64,000 nucleotides of DNA from the NCBI RefSeq assembly GCF_023055435.1, contig NW_025964001.1, positions 39,804,001 through 39,868,000 on the forward strand. Reading direction: 5' to 3'. The position numbers and the translations under genes were made by a program. Origin of the DNA: Haliotis rufescens. Its lineage: Eukaryota. Each line of letters opens with the position of its first letter. Position 1 is the first letter of the stretch. The notes below the pieces were generated by a model. That model did not search any database and was not told where the DNA came from. It saw nothing but the letters and a program-made list of their open reading frames with translations. Positions 37,270 to 50,004 of this stretch are shown in pieces.

Positions 37270-39572
37270 ATGGTGTGTTGTGTATGTGAGATATCGCTCT
37301 TGCCTAAGTGCTTGATTACAAAGGTAGGCTTAATCCAGGTAGGCATGCGTCTTTGATTATGCTTGCAATTTAAGCACGGCCTTTCATCGTCACCGTGTAT
37401 ATCGTTGTCGACATTGATACGGAGGCTGTAGCACATGTCAACGACTCAAATACGGAAGTGACGTATAATGGTTATAACGTTATCATAAAATGTTGTTTAT
37501 AGCCTGTTGTTTATGAAGTTGGGGCACACAAAGATATTAAAGTTACTGCCAGAGCTTGCGAATAATACTTGTCAGATTAATCTTAGAATATTCGTGATTA
37601 GTTACGAAGAAATTTTAAACCATACGTAATATACTTATTTTTTTGTTATGGGATATTCAGAATTAGGTTCACAGAACCACAGAACGGTAAAACAGAACAT
37701 GCTTAACCTTTTCGCGAGCACCTGGTATCATCACAAATTTTCAGTTATCCATTCACCGCTATTTTGCCTTTTACGCTCAATGGAATCTGTTACGGATAAT
37801 CGAGACTAATTATTTCTGGCGTTGGCGTTTTATATTTTACATGGAATTTTCAAGGTAATGTACTTAACACCCGCCAATGACCTGTGTTATTTGCATATGA
37901 TTATTAGGATAGGACTTAGAACACTAATAATGCGTTTGATTCATAAAACATTGCTGTAAACATTGCGTGGTGAATCGTATATGACTTGACCCACATTGTT
38001 GGTGAGTTTTTTTTGTTTTTTTTTTAACGCCGCTCTCAGTAATATTCCAGCTATATGACGGCGGTCTGTAAATAATCGAGTCTGGACCAGACAATCCAGT
38101 GATTGACATCATGAGCATCGATCCACGCAATTGGGATCGATGACATGCATCAACCTGATCAGCGAGCCTGACCACCCGATCCTGTTAGTCGCCTCTTACA
38201 AGTATAGTCGCCTCTAACGACAAGCATGGGTTGCTGAAGACCTATTCTACCCCGGATCTACACGGGTCTGTTGGTGAGTAGTGACATTTAGGAATACATA
38301 TATTACAAGTGATTCCATTGGTAACAAGTATTTTGTTTTGTCGTTTGTTTCCATAAACTTATATATATAGGCTTGTCCATAAGCGGTCTCCTGTTTCCTG
38401 ATTGGCTGACCCCAGAGTGGGCGGGGCTGTGTTCTCTTATTTCGCCGAACGATGGCGCTGATTTCGTATCATTATGATAATCATTACTGATCATTGTGTT
38501 AATCATTAAATAAGTCTGTGAGGTTGATATTGTTGACTTATTCATTTTAAGAAGTGACGTCAGTGGATAGTACTATTGAATAATGTTTGTTGCAGGCTGT
38601 TGTTGGTTGTGTACTCGTAAGTATCTTTATATTAGCGCAATAACCTTGAACGATGTTATAGCGTAAACACGTCAAGTGTATACTGTATGGGTTCCTGCGT
38701 GAGTGAGTGAGTGAGTGAGTGAGTGAGTATGGTTCTACGCAGCTTTTAGAAATATTCCAGCAATATCACAGCGGGGGACACCAAAATGAGCTTCACACAT
38801 TGTACCCATGTGGGGAATCGAACCCGGGTTATCGGAGTGACGATCAAACGCATTAACCACTAGGCTACTCTACCCCACTTTATACTGTACGGGGCACGGG
38901 TGGCCCCGTTGTCTTTGACACTGCAAGTCACTGTGCAGAGTTCCCACATAATATTCGTCTAATAGCGACACATATTGTTCGAAGGTCAAGGAATTGACAA
39001 GGTTTATCTGGATGTTTAAGCAAGGATAAAGATCCGACCCACAGGGATCCAGGGACAGAATAAGTCGTCAGTATACCCGTTAAAAACGTGGAACGCTGCT
39101 CATACTATCATACTATCAAGCACCCCCCCCCCCCATGAACTCCCTTCAACCCATCTTCGAATAAAACGAAGTCGAATATAACGATATAACGAATGTGACT
39201 TAGTTCAAATCAATATGTGGGCGGTCGGATAGCCTAGTGGTTACAGCGTTCGCTCGTCACGTCGAAGACCCGGGTTCGATTCCCCACTTGAGTACAATGT
39301 GTGAAGCCCATTTCTGGTGTCCTACGCCGTGATGTTGCTGGAATATTACTAAAAGCGGCGTAAAACCGTACTCACTCAGTCAAATTAGTACGGATGATGA
39401 AATTTAATCAAAACCAGTTAATTAAATGACCTTGGGTTCTCAATCCTGTTTTTTCTTATTCTAGGGACAGTACATTTGTGAATTATCTCGCATCGTAAAA
39501 TTTGGGGTTGGAACATTATGGCAAGAAGTAGGCATCCCCCATGCGCACCAATTGTACTGCCGTCCTTGTTGA
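37270..39572 (+). CDS. Hypothetical 3-exon 60-aa Cys-rich peptide (37270-37323, 38596-38616, 39465-39572)
   Basis: Consensus-like splice sites picked by eye, all phase 0; no homology recognised; may be chance. Confidence 0.15.
38008..38268 (-). mobile_element. Family C, full length
   Basis: TSD tgttggtgagt at 37997-38007 / 38269-38279. Confidence 0.94.
38699..38878 (-). mobile_element. SINE family A
   Basis: Full-length match to 35168-35331 with a longer (gagt)n tail; a B head fragment follows at about 38890-38945. Confidence 0.9.
39218..39378 (+). mobile_element. SINE family A
   Basis: Full-length match; inverted relative to the copy at 38699-38878. Confidence 0.92.
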
Positions 39573-40956
39573 TATGTGACGTTACACATTCGAGTCAGGA
39601 TTTCTGCTCGGTTTGGCAAATTGAAAAAAAAACAACCGAAAAGGCTCCTGTGACCTCTTCTTACCCGGAATCCCCACAGCGAACGTTGACTTGGGTTCAG
39701 AAGGGTGTCAAATGAAATAGTTTTTGTTATTCAATCGTGTCTCTTAATGACACTAACCTCAACTCTAGAAGAGTACATTAACTCCCGTCGTGTGGTTTGT
39801 GTTCCTTTTAAATGATCTCTTTTATATTTGGAACGTTGTTCCTGGTGCCATAACTGTCTTGGATGATGGAAAATAAAGCGTACAGAGTAGCATATAAACT
39901 GTCGGGTACAAGAAAGCACACACTTGAAGTTCACAGTTCACTCTGCTCATTATTGTGTATTGTGAAACTGCGACACCCATCTCTCTCTCTCCCCCCCCCC
40001 ATGTCTCTTGAGACGCGTCACGTGCACTTGACCTGTTGTAGAACACTCTTCGATGCATGTACAATCGCCTAGATACCCGTATCTTTTAACATCGAATAAC
40101 CATTTATTGTTTGTTTCATTTTTAGCCATCATCAAATCTGGTGTATACTTTCTTTTGCTCGTCAGTATAGTAACGGGTATTGCGTAGTTATAAAATGTAC
40201 CAAGTCACACCTTGAGTATATTGGAAGGCCATGGGCGTCTAGCCATTATGTTGGGTGGACGACCGATTGGTTGATTGAATGAGTGAGTGAGCTAGCTCTA
40301 GTGTGAATGAATGAGAGATTTATTGATTGAGTGAATGAGTGAGCGCTAGTGCGAATGAGTGAGCGACCGATTGAATGATTGAATGAATGAGTGATTTAGC
40401 TCTGGTGTGAGTGAGTGAGCGATCGATCGATTGATTGATTGAATGAATGAGTGATTTAGCTCAAGCGTGAATGAGTGAGCTATCGATTGATTAAATGAGT
40501 GAGTTAGCGCTAGTGTGAATGAGTGAATGATCGATTAAATGAATGTGTTAGTGGTATTGAGTGAGTGATCGATTAAATGAATGTGTTAGTGCTAGTGTGA
40601 TTGAGTGAGTGATCGATTGAGTTAATTAGTGAGTGCTAGTGTGAATGAGTGAACGATCGATTGATTGATTGAATATGTGAATGCTAGTGTGAATGAGTGA
40701 ACGATCGAATGATTGAGTAAATGTATTAGTGATAGTGTGAATGAGTTAGTGATTGATTGAGTAAATGTGTTAGTGCTGGTGTGAATGGGTGAGTGATTGA
40801 TTGAGTGAATGTGTTAGTGCTAGTGTGAATGAGTGATTGAGTAAATGTGTTAGTGCTGGTGTGAATGAGTGAGTGATTGAGTAAATGTGTTTGTGCTGGT
40901 GTGAATGAGTGATTGATTGAGTAAATGTGTTAAAGCTGGTGTGAATTGGTGAGTGA

Positions 40957-41314
40957 GGTGAGGTGAGGTGAAATTGGGTTTAACGTCGCGTCCAAGATTA
41001 TTGCACTTATATAGCGACGTGCATGCACGTGTATGTGTGTGTGTGGCTGCTTGTACTAGTCCGGACTGATGCCGATTTATAGTGCTAGCTCACTGAGATA
41101 CCATGCCGCAGTTTAACATGAATACCCCACTCAGACACAGTATACTGACTCCGAGCCCACCAGTCCTTGTTTTACCCCCTTAATGCCGAGCGCCAGACAG
41201 GGTAACAACAAGTACAATCTTTTTAACGTCTTTTTGTATGACGCGGCCCGGGATCGAACCCTGGACCTTCCGCTCTCCGGGCGGACGCTCTACCACAAGA
41301 CCACGGAGGCGGTC
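40957..41314 (-). mobile_element. SINE family D, full length, inside the minisatellite
   Basis: TSD gaattggtgagtga at 40943-40956 / 41315-41328. Confidence 0.95.
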
Positions 41315-42267
41315 GAATTGGTGAGTGATTGATTGATTGAGTAAATGTATTAGTGCTAGTGTGAATGAGTTAGTGATTGATTGAGTAAATGTGTAAGTGC
41401 TGGTGTGAATGAGTGAGTGATTGAGTAAATGTGTTAGTGCTGGTGTGAATGAGTGATTGAGTAAATGTGTTAGTGCTGGTGTGAATGGGTGAATGAGTGA
41501 TTGAATTAATGTGTTAGTGCTGGTGTGAATGGGTGAGTGATTGATTGATTGAGTAAATGTATGAAATGTTAGTGCTGGTGTGAATGAGTGATTGAGTAAA
41601 TGTGTTAGTGCTGGTGTGAATGAGTGATTGATTGAGTAAATGTGTTAGTGCTGGTGTGAATGAGTGATTGATTGAGTAAATGTGTTAGTGCTGGTTTGAA
41701 TGGGTGAGTGATTGATTGATTGAGTAAATGTATTAGTGCTAGTGTGAATGAGTTAGTGATTGATTGAGTAAATGTGTTAGTGCTGGTGTGAATGAGTGAT
41801 TGATTGAGTAAATGTGTTAGTGCTGGTGTGAATGAGTGATTGAGTAAATGTGTTAGTGCTGGTGTGAATGGGTGATTGAGTAAATGTGTTAGTGCTGGTG
41901 TGAATGAGTGATTGAGTAAATGTGTTAGTGCTGGTGTGAATGAGTGATTGAATAAATGTGTTAGTGCTGGTGTGAATGGGTGAGTGATTGATTGAGTGAA
42001 TGTGTTAGTGCTAGTGTGAATGAGTGATTGAGTAAATGTGTTAGTGCTGGTGTGAATGAGTGAGTGATTGAGTAAATGTGTTTGTGCTGGTGTGAATGAG
42101 TGAGTGATTGATTGAGTGAATGTGTTAGTGCTAGTGTGAATGAGTGAGTGAGTAAATGTGTTAGTGCTGGTGTGAATGAGTGAGTGATTGAGTAAATGTG
42201 TTTGTGCTGGTGTGAATGAGTGATTGATTGAGTAAATGTGTTAAAGCTGGTGTGAATTGGTGAGTGA

Positions 42268-42625
42268 GGTGAGGTGAGGTGAAATTGGGTTTAACGTCGC
42301 GTCCAAGATTATTGCACTTATATAGCGACGTGCATGCACGTGTATGTGTGTGTGTGGCTGCTTGTACTAGTCCGTACTGATGCCGATTTATAGTGCTAGC
42401 TCACTGAGATACCATGCCGCAGTTTAACATGAATACCCCACTCAGACACAGTATACTGACTCCGAGCCCACCAGTCCTTGTTTTACCCCCTTAATGCCGA
42501 GCGCCAGACAGGGTAACAACAAGTACAATCTTTTTAACGTCTTTTTGTATGACGCGGCCCGGGATCGAACCCTGGACCTTCCGCTCTCCGGGCGGACGCT
42601 CTACCACAAGACCACGGAGGCGGTC
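42268..42625 (-). mobile_element. SINE family D, duplicate of 40957-41314
   Basis: Same TSD and flanks, offset 1311 bp; one difference seen (ccggact vs ccgtact). Confidence 0.95.
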
Positions 42626-45105
42626 GAATTGGTGAGTGATTGATTGATTGAGTAAATGTATTAGTGCTAGTGTGAATGAGTTAGTGATTGATTGAGTAAA
42701 TGTGTAAGTGCTGGTGTGAATGGGTGAGTGATTGATTGAGTGAATGTGTTAGTGCTAGTGTGAATGAGTGATTGAGAAAATGTGTTAGTGCTGGTGTGAA
42801 TGAGTGAGTGATTGAGTAAATGTGTTAGTGCTGGTGTGAATGAGTGATTGAGTAAATGTGTTAGTGCTGGTGTGAATGGGTGAATGAGTGATTGAATTAA
42901 TGTGTTAGTGCTGGTGTGAATGGGTGAGTGATTGATTGATTGAGTAAATGTATGAAATGTTAGTGCTGGTGTGAATGAGTGATTGAGTAAATGTGTTAGT
43001 GCTGGTGTGAATGAGTGATTGATTGAATAAATGTGTTAGTGCTGGTGTGAATGAGTGATTGATTGAGTAAATGTGTTAGTGCTGGTTTGAATGGGTGAGT
43101 GATTGATTGATTGAGTAAATGTATTAGTGCTAGTGTGAATGAGTTAGTGATTGATTGAGTAAATGTGTTAGTGCTGGTGTGAATGAGTGATTGATTGAGT
43201 AAATGTGTTAGTGCTGGTGTGAATGAGTGATTGAGTAAATGTGTTAGTGCTGGTGTGAATGGGTGATTGAGTAAATGTGTTAGTGCTGGTGTGAATGAGT
43301 GATTGAGTAAATGTGTTAGTGCTGGTGTGAATGAGTGATTGAATAAATGTGTTAGTGCTGGTGTGAATGGGTGAGTGATTGAGTAAATGTGTTAGTGCTG
43401 GTGTGAATGGGTGATTGAGTAAATGTGTTAGTGCTGGTGTGAATGAGTGATTGAGTAAATGTGTTAGTGCTGGTGTGAATGGGTGAGTGATTGAGTAAAT
43501 GTGTTAGTGCTGGTGTAAATGGGTGAGTGATTGAGTAAATGTGTTAGTGCTGGTGTGAATGAGTGAGTGATTGAATAAATGTGTTAGTGCTGGTGTAAAT
43601 GGGTGAGTGATTGAGTAAATGTGTTAGTGCTGGTGTGAATGGGTGATTGAGTAAATGTGTTAGTGCTGGTGTGAATGAGTGATTGAGTAAATGTGTTAGT
43701 GCTGGTGTGAATGAGTGATTGAGTAAATGTGTTAGTGCTGGTGTGAATGGGTGATTGAGTAAATGTGTTAGTGCTGGTGTGAATGAGTGATTGAGTAAAT
43801 GTGTTAGTGCTGGTGTGAATGAGTGAGTGAGTGAGTAAATGTGTTAGTGCTGGTGTGAATGAGTGAGTGATTGAATAAATGTGTTAGTGCTGGTGTGAAT
43901 GGGTGATTGAGTAAATGTGTTAGTGCTGGTGTGAATAAGTGATTGAGTAAATGTGTTAGTGCTGGTGTGAATGAGTGATTGAGTAAATGTGTTAGTGCTG
44001 GTGTGAATGAGTGATTGAATAAATGTGTTAGTGCTGGTGTGAATGGGTGATTGATTGAGTAAATGTGTAAGTGCTGGTGTGAATGGGTGAGTGATTGATT
44101 GAGTAAATGTATTAGTGCTAGTGTGAATGAGTTAGTGATTGATTGAGTAAATGTGTTAGTGCTGGTGTGAATGGGTGAGTGATTGATTGAGTGAATGTGT
44201 TAGTCCTAGTGTGAATGAGTGATTGATTGAGTAAATGTGTTAGTGCTGATGTGAATGAGTGAGTGATTGATTGAGTAAATGTGTTAGTGCTGGTGTGAAT
44301 GAGTGATTGATTGAGTAAATGTGTTAGTGCTGGTGTGAATGGGTGATTGATTGATTGAGTGAAGGTGTTAGTGCTGGTGTGAATGAGTGAGTGATTGATT
44401 GAGTGAATGTGTTAGTGCTGATGTGAATGTGTGAATGATTGATTGAGTAAATGTGACAGTGCTGGTGTGAATGAGTGATTGATTGAGTAAATGTGTTAGT
44501 GCTGGTGTGAATGAGTGAGTGATTGATTGAGTGAATGTGTTAGTGCTGGTGTGAATGAGTGAGGGATTGATTGAGTGAATGTGTTAGTGCTGGTGTGAAA
44601 GAGTGAGTGATTGGGTTAATGTGTTAGTGCTGGTGTGAATGAGTGAGTGATTGATTGAATAAATGTGTTAGTGCTGGTGAGAATGAGTGAGTGATTGATT
44701 GAGTGAAGGTGTTAGTGCTAGTATGAATGATAGAGTAATTGATTGAGTGAATGTGTTTGTGCTAGTGTGAATGAGTGAGTGATTGATTGAGTGAATGCGC
44801 TAGTGCTAGTGTGAATGAGTGAGTGAATTAGTGAGTGATCGTGTGAATGAGTGAGTGATTGATCGATTAAAGAATACATTAGGTTCACGTTTACCAAAAT
44901 TACGAACATAGAACATATGATACATAATCCATTTTGGAATTCGAACCCGGAATTACGACGTGATAAGCGAACGTTTGAACCATAAGGTTATTCCAAAACC
45001 CACTGATCGGTGCCTCATTCAGTGTCTGCTATCTTGTCCTTTGTATATAAGTTATTATAATATGGGGAGAAATAAAAATATATTTTTTTTAAAGGATACC
45101 ACAAA

Positions 45106-45510
45106 TGAGGTAAGGTGAGGTGAGGTGAGGTGAGGTGAGGTGAGGTGAGGTGAGGTGAGGTGAGATTAATAGGGTTTGACGTCACGTTCAAAACTATTAG
45201 ACTTAAACCGCGACGTTCATGCACGTGTGTGTATGTGTGTGGCTTCTTGTACTAGTCCGGACTAATGCCGATTTTATAGTACCTGACCACTGATATACCA
45301 TGACGCAGTTTAACATGAATACCCCACTCAGACACGGTACACTAACTCCGAGCCGACCAGTCCTTGTTTTATCCCCTAAATGCCTAGTGCCAGGCAGAGT
45401 AACAACAAGTACCACCTTTAACGTCTTTAGGTATGACGCGGCCGGGAATGGAACCCCGGACCTACGGCTCTCCGGGCGCACGCTCTACCACTAGACCACG
45501 GAGGCGGCCC
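45106..45510 (-). mobile_element. SINE family D, full length with a long (cctca)n tail
   Basis: Matches the D consensus; taccaca direct repeat at 45097-45103 / 45511-45517. Confidence 0.93.
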
Positions 45511-46684
45511 TACCACACGGGACAACAGTAGTTACTTAACCCAGCAAGATCTACCCCTTGAATCGAACACACAACGCTGTTGAGGCGAAACATATAACGT
45601 ATTGAGTGTTGGTACCACCAGCTTCGGCAGAACGGAATTCCAGGCAATTAATACATCTCGTTAACATGGTTGCTCTCAGTGAACATTTATTTGCTTTTGA
45701 AATGAACGTGAACGTTGTACGCCTTGTATCTTGTAGCTAGATCCTCGTACAGTCACCCAGTATCCTACAGCCCAGCACGGGGATACTATTTTGGCGAAAT
45801 GTAACTCTGGCATTTGCGTGTTCATCCTTATTATATGCTTATCCTATTTTTAAAAAAATGAAACGAGAAAGTGTTTTTTTCCATCTCAATACATACAACG
45901 GATCGTGGCCTTCAGATTCAGCCTTCCCGTTGGAAATGATTTCTCCTGGATAGTTGATGAATTTCCAATTTCCTACCAGCATCTTTTAAATCCGTGGTGC
46001 ATAGGTTTGTTTTTTTAAAAAAAAGAGGATATATCAGGAAAGGACTCTCTTCAAGGCATCTGAGTGAGGAGGAGTGGCGGTGAAAACAATGCATTATGTA
46101 TCTGAAAGACCTCCCATCCCCCCTAAGTAGCCCCCTTCCCTCCCCCCAGCGCTCTTACGTCAGACAGACTCCGATGTACTGCCAGAATGCAGAGTGCGAG
46201 GACATTTTCCCATTTGACCAGGAAAAAAATTTCGATTCCTCGTGGGCATGGTGGGATTGATTTTATTAGGGTCGAGAAATCCACGGACGATATTGGTCAT
46301 TAGGACCAGTGGTAGTTTTTTAGGCCACTGACCGACAAAGCTGGTGGGGAGCGTGGGTCATTAGCAGTGAGAGGATGAGATCGATGGGTATTACGTCTCA
46401 CTTTCCCATGTAAATGCTGCCTTAGGACGCAGGTCAACTGCCGATTGCAGGCAACCCCGTTAGTCAGTGGAAGATAAACTACACATGTAGCTGCTTCTCG
46501 GCAGATTACTTCGACTACAGCACGGTATGGGTTACATGTGCAATGATTCAGGACGAACAGTGGAATGCGAACTAGTGGATCGAAAAAAATGATTTTATCA
46601 TTGTATAATTGTTTAGTCATATAATAGATTGCAATATTTTGCATAAAATTCGATATTATTATATTATTGCATTCATACTACTTC

Positions 46685-46995
46685 GTCAAAGAACATTCAG
46701 ATTACATGGTTAAGGAACATTCATACTACATGATTAAAGAACATTCAGAACACATGGTCAAAGAACATTTAAACTAAATGATCAAAGAACATTCGGTTCA
46801 CAAAGTCAAAGAAAACTTGGACTACATGGCCAAAGGACATTCAGACTACACGGTAAAACAACGTTTTGGACACACGGTCAAAGAACATTCAGATTATATG
46901 GTGAACGAAAAATTTGATCCAATGATCAAAGACTATTTTGATCTCATGGTCAAAGAGCATTCAGACTACGTGGTCAAAGAACTTAGCATGGTCAT
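46685..46995. repeat. Degenerate minisatellite, 24-bp unit
   Basis: Unit gtcaaagaacattcagactacatg. Confidence 0.9.
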
Positions 46996-49822
46996 CTCAC
47001 TCTGGGAAACACGCCCTTTTCCATCACCCAACTCTGGGAAACACGCCGTATTTCCCCTCCTCACTTTGGGAAACACACCCCAGTTTCCTCACCTCACTCT
47101 GGGAAACACGCCCCTGTTTCCTCACCTCACTCTCGGAAACACGCCCCTGTTTCCTCACCTCACTCTGGGAAACACGCCCCTGTTTCCTCACCTCACTCTG
47201 GGACACATGCTCTATTCCATCACCCCACTCTGGGAAACACGACTATTCCATCACCCCACTCTGGGAAACACGCTCTATTCCATCATCCCACTCTGGGAAA
47301 CACGCCCCTGTTTCCTGACCTCACTCTGGGACACACGCTCTATTCCATCAGCCCACTCTGGGAAACACGCCTATTCCATCACCCCACTCTGGGAAACACG
47401 CCTATTCCATCACCCCATTCTGGGAAACACGCCCCTGTTTCCTCACCCCACTCTGGGACACACGCTCTATTCAATCACCCCACTCTGGGAAACACGCTCT
47501 ATTCCATCACCCCACTCTGGGAAACACGCCCCTGTTTTCCTCACCTCACTCTGGGAAACACGCCGGTGTTCCACCTCACTCTGGGAAACACGCCCCTGTT
47601 TCCTCACCTCACTCTCGGAAACACGCCCCTGTTTCCTCACCTCACTCTGGGAAACTCGCCCCTGTTTCCTCACCTCACTCTGGGACACACGCTCTATTCC
47701 ATCACCCCACTCTGGGAAACACGACTATTCCATCACCCCACTCTGGGAAACACGCTCTATTCCATCATCCCACTCTGGGAAACACGCCTATTCCATCACC
47801 CCACTCTGGGAAACACGCCTATTCCATCACCCCATTCTGGGAAACACGCCCCTGTTTCCTCACCCCACTCTGGGACACACGCTCTATTCCATCACCCCAC
47901 TCTGGGAAACACGCTCTATTCCATCACCCCACTCTGGGAAACACGCCCCTGTTTCCTCACCGCACTCTGAGAAACACGCCCCTGTTTCCTCACCTCACTC
48001 TGGGAAACACGCCTCTGTTTCCTCACCTCACTCTGGGACACACGCCCCTGTTTCCTCACCTCACTCTGGGACACACGCTCTATTCCATCACCCCACTCTG
48101 AGAAACACGCCCCTGTTTCCTCACCTCACTCTGGGAACCACGCCCCTGTTTCCTCACCTCACTCTGGGACACAGGCTCTATTCCATCACCCCACTCTGGG
48201 AAACACGCTCTATTCCATCACCCCACTCTGGGAAACACGCCCCTGTTTCCTCACCTCACTCTGGTACACGCCCCTGTTTCCTCACCTCACTCTGGGACAC
48301 ACGCTCTATTCCATCACCCCACTCTGGGAAACACCCTCTATTCCATCATCCCACTCTGGGAAACACGCCCCTGTTTCCTCATCCCACTCTGGGACACACG
48401 CTCTATTCCATCACCCCACTCTGGGACACACGCTCTATTCCATCACCCCACTCTGGGAAACACGCCCCTGTTTCCTCAAATTACCCATGGAAACACGCCC
48501 CTGTTTCCTCACCTCACTCTGAGAAACACGCCCCTGTTTCCTCACCTCACTCTGGGAAACACGCTCTATTCCATCACCCCACCTTGGAAACTCGCTCTAT
48601 TCCATCACCCCACCTGGGAAACACGCTCTATTCCATCACCCCACTCTGGGACACACGCTCTATTCCATCACCCCATTCTGGGAAACACGCCCCTGTTTCC
48701 TCACCCCACTCTGGGACACACGCTCTATTCCATCACCCCACTCTGGGACACACGCTCTATTCCATCACCCCACTCTGGGAAACACGCCCCTGTTTCCTCA
48801 AATTACCCATGGAAACACGCCCCTGTTTCCTCACCTCACTCTGAGAAACACGCCCCTGTTTCCTCACCTCACTCTGGGAAACACGCTCTATTCCATCACC
48901 CCACCTGGGAAACTCGCTCTATTCCATCACCCCACCTGGGAAACACGCTCTATTCCATCACCCAACTCTGGGACACACGCTCTATTCCATCACCCCACTC
49001 TGGGAAACACGCCCCTGTTTCCTCAAATCACTCTGGGAAACTCGCCCCTGTTTCCTCACCTCACTCTGAGAAACACGCCCCTGTTTCCTCACCTCACTCT
49101 GGGAAACACGCTCTATTCCATCACCCCACCTGGGAAACTCGCTCTATTCCATCACCCCACACTGGGAAACACGCTCTATTCCATCACCCCACTCTGGGAA
49201 ACACGCCTATTCCATCACCCCACACTGCGAAAAACGCCCCTGTTTCCTCACCCCACTCACGGAAACACGCTCTATTCCATCACCCCACTCTGGGAAACAC
49301 GCTCTATTTCATCACCCCACTCTGGGAAACACGCTCTATTCCATCACCCCACTCTGGGAAACACGCCCTATTCCATCACCCCACTCTGAGAAACACGCCC
49401 TATTCCATCACCCCACTCAGGGAAACACGCCCTTTTCCATCACCCCACTCTGAGAAACACGCCCTTTTCCATCACCCCACTCTGGGAAACACGCTCTATT
49501 CCATCACCCTACTCTGGGAAACACGCCCTATTCCATCACCCCACTCTGGGAAACACGCTCTATTCCATCACCCCACCTGGGAAACACGCCCTATTCCATC
49601 ACCCCACTCTGGGAAACACGCCCTATTCCATCACCCCACTCAGGGAAACACGCCCTTTTCCATCACCCCACTCTGAGAAACACGCCCTTTTCCATCACCC
49701 CACCTGGGAAACACGCTCTATTCCATCACCCTACTCTGGGAAACACGCCCTATTCCATCACCCCACTCTGAGAAACACGCCATATTCCCTCACCCCACTC
49801 AGAGAAACATGCCCTTTTCCCC
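46996..49822. repeat. Minisatellite with interspersed 30-33-bp unit variants
   Basis: cactctgggaaacacgcccctgtttcctcacct and cactctgggaaacacgctctattccatcaccc; explains ORF 46778..48844. Confidence 0.97.
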
Positions 49823-49826
49823 CTTC

Positions 49827-49990
49827 AGGGTCGGTCGGGTAGCCTCGTGGTTAAAGCGTTCGCTCGTCACGCCGAAGACCCGGGTCCGATTCCCATATGG
49901 GTACAATGTTGTGAAGCCCATTTCTGGTATCCCCCGCCGTGATTATGCTGGAATATTGAGAAAAGTGACGTAAAACCATACTCACTCACT
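49827..49990 (+). mobile_element. SINE family A between two related arrays
   Basis: Full-length match to the A consensus. Confidence 0.92.
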
Positions 49991-50004
49991 ATTCCCCAGC
50001 ACGG

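Larger units (their letters stand above)
40265..44870. repeat. Minisatellite, 36+4n bp unit derived from (GAGT/GATT)n
   Basis: Unit gagtaaatgtgttagtgctggtgtgaatgagtgatt(gatt)n; contains two D SINEs. Confidence 0.97.

Noticed and set aside
46778-48844. 688-aa ORF
   Set aside because: Cycles through all three readings of the same 30-33-bp units; no frame constraint
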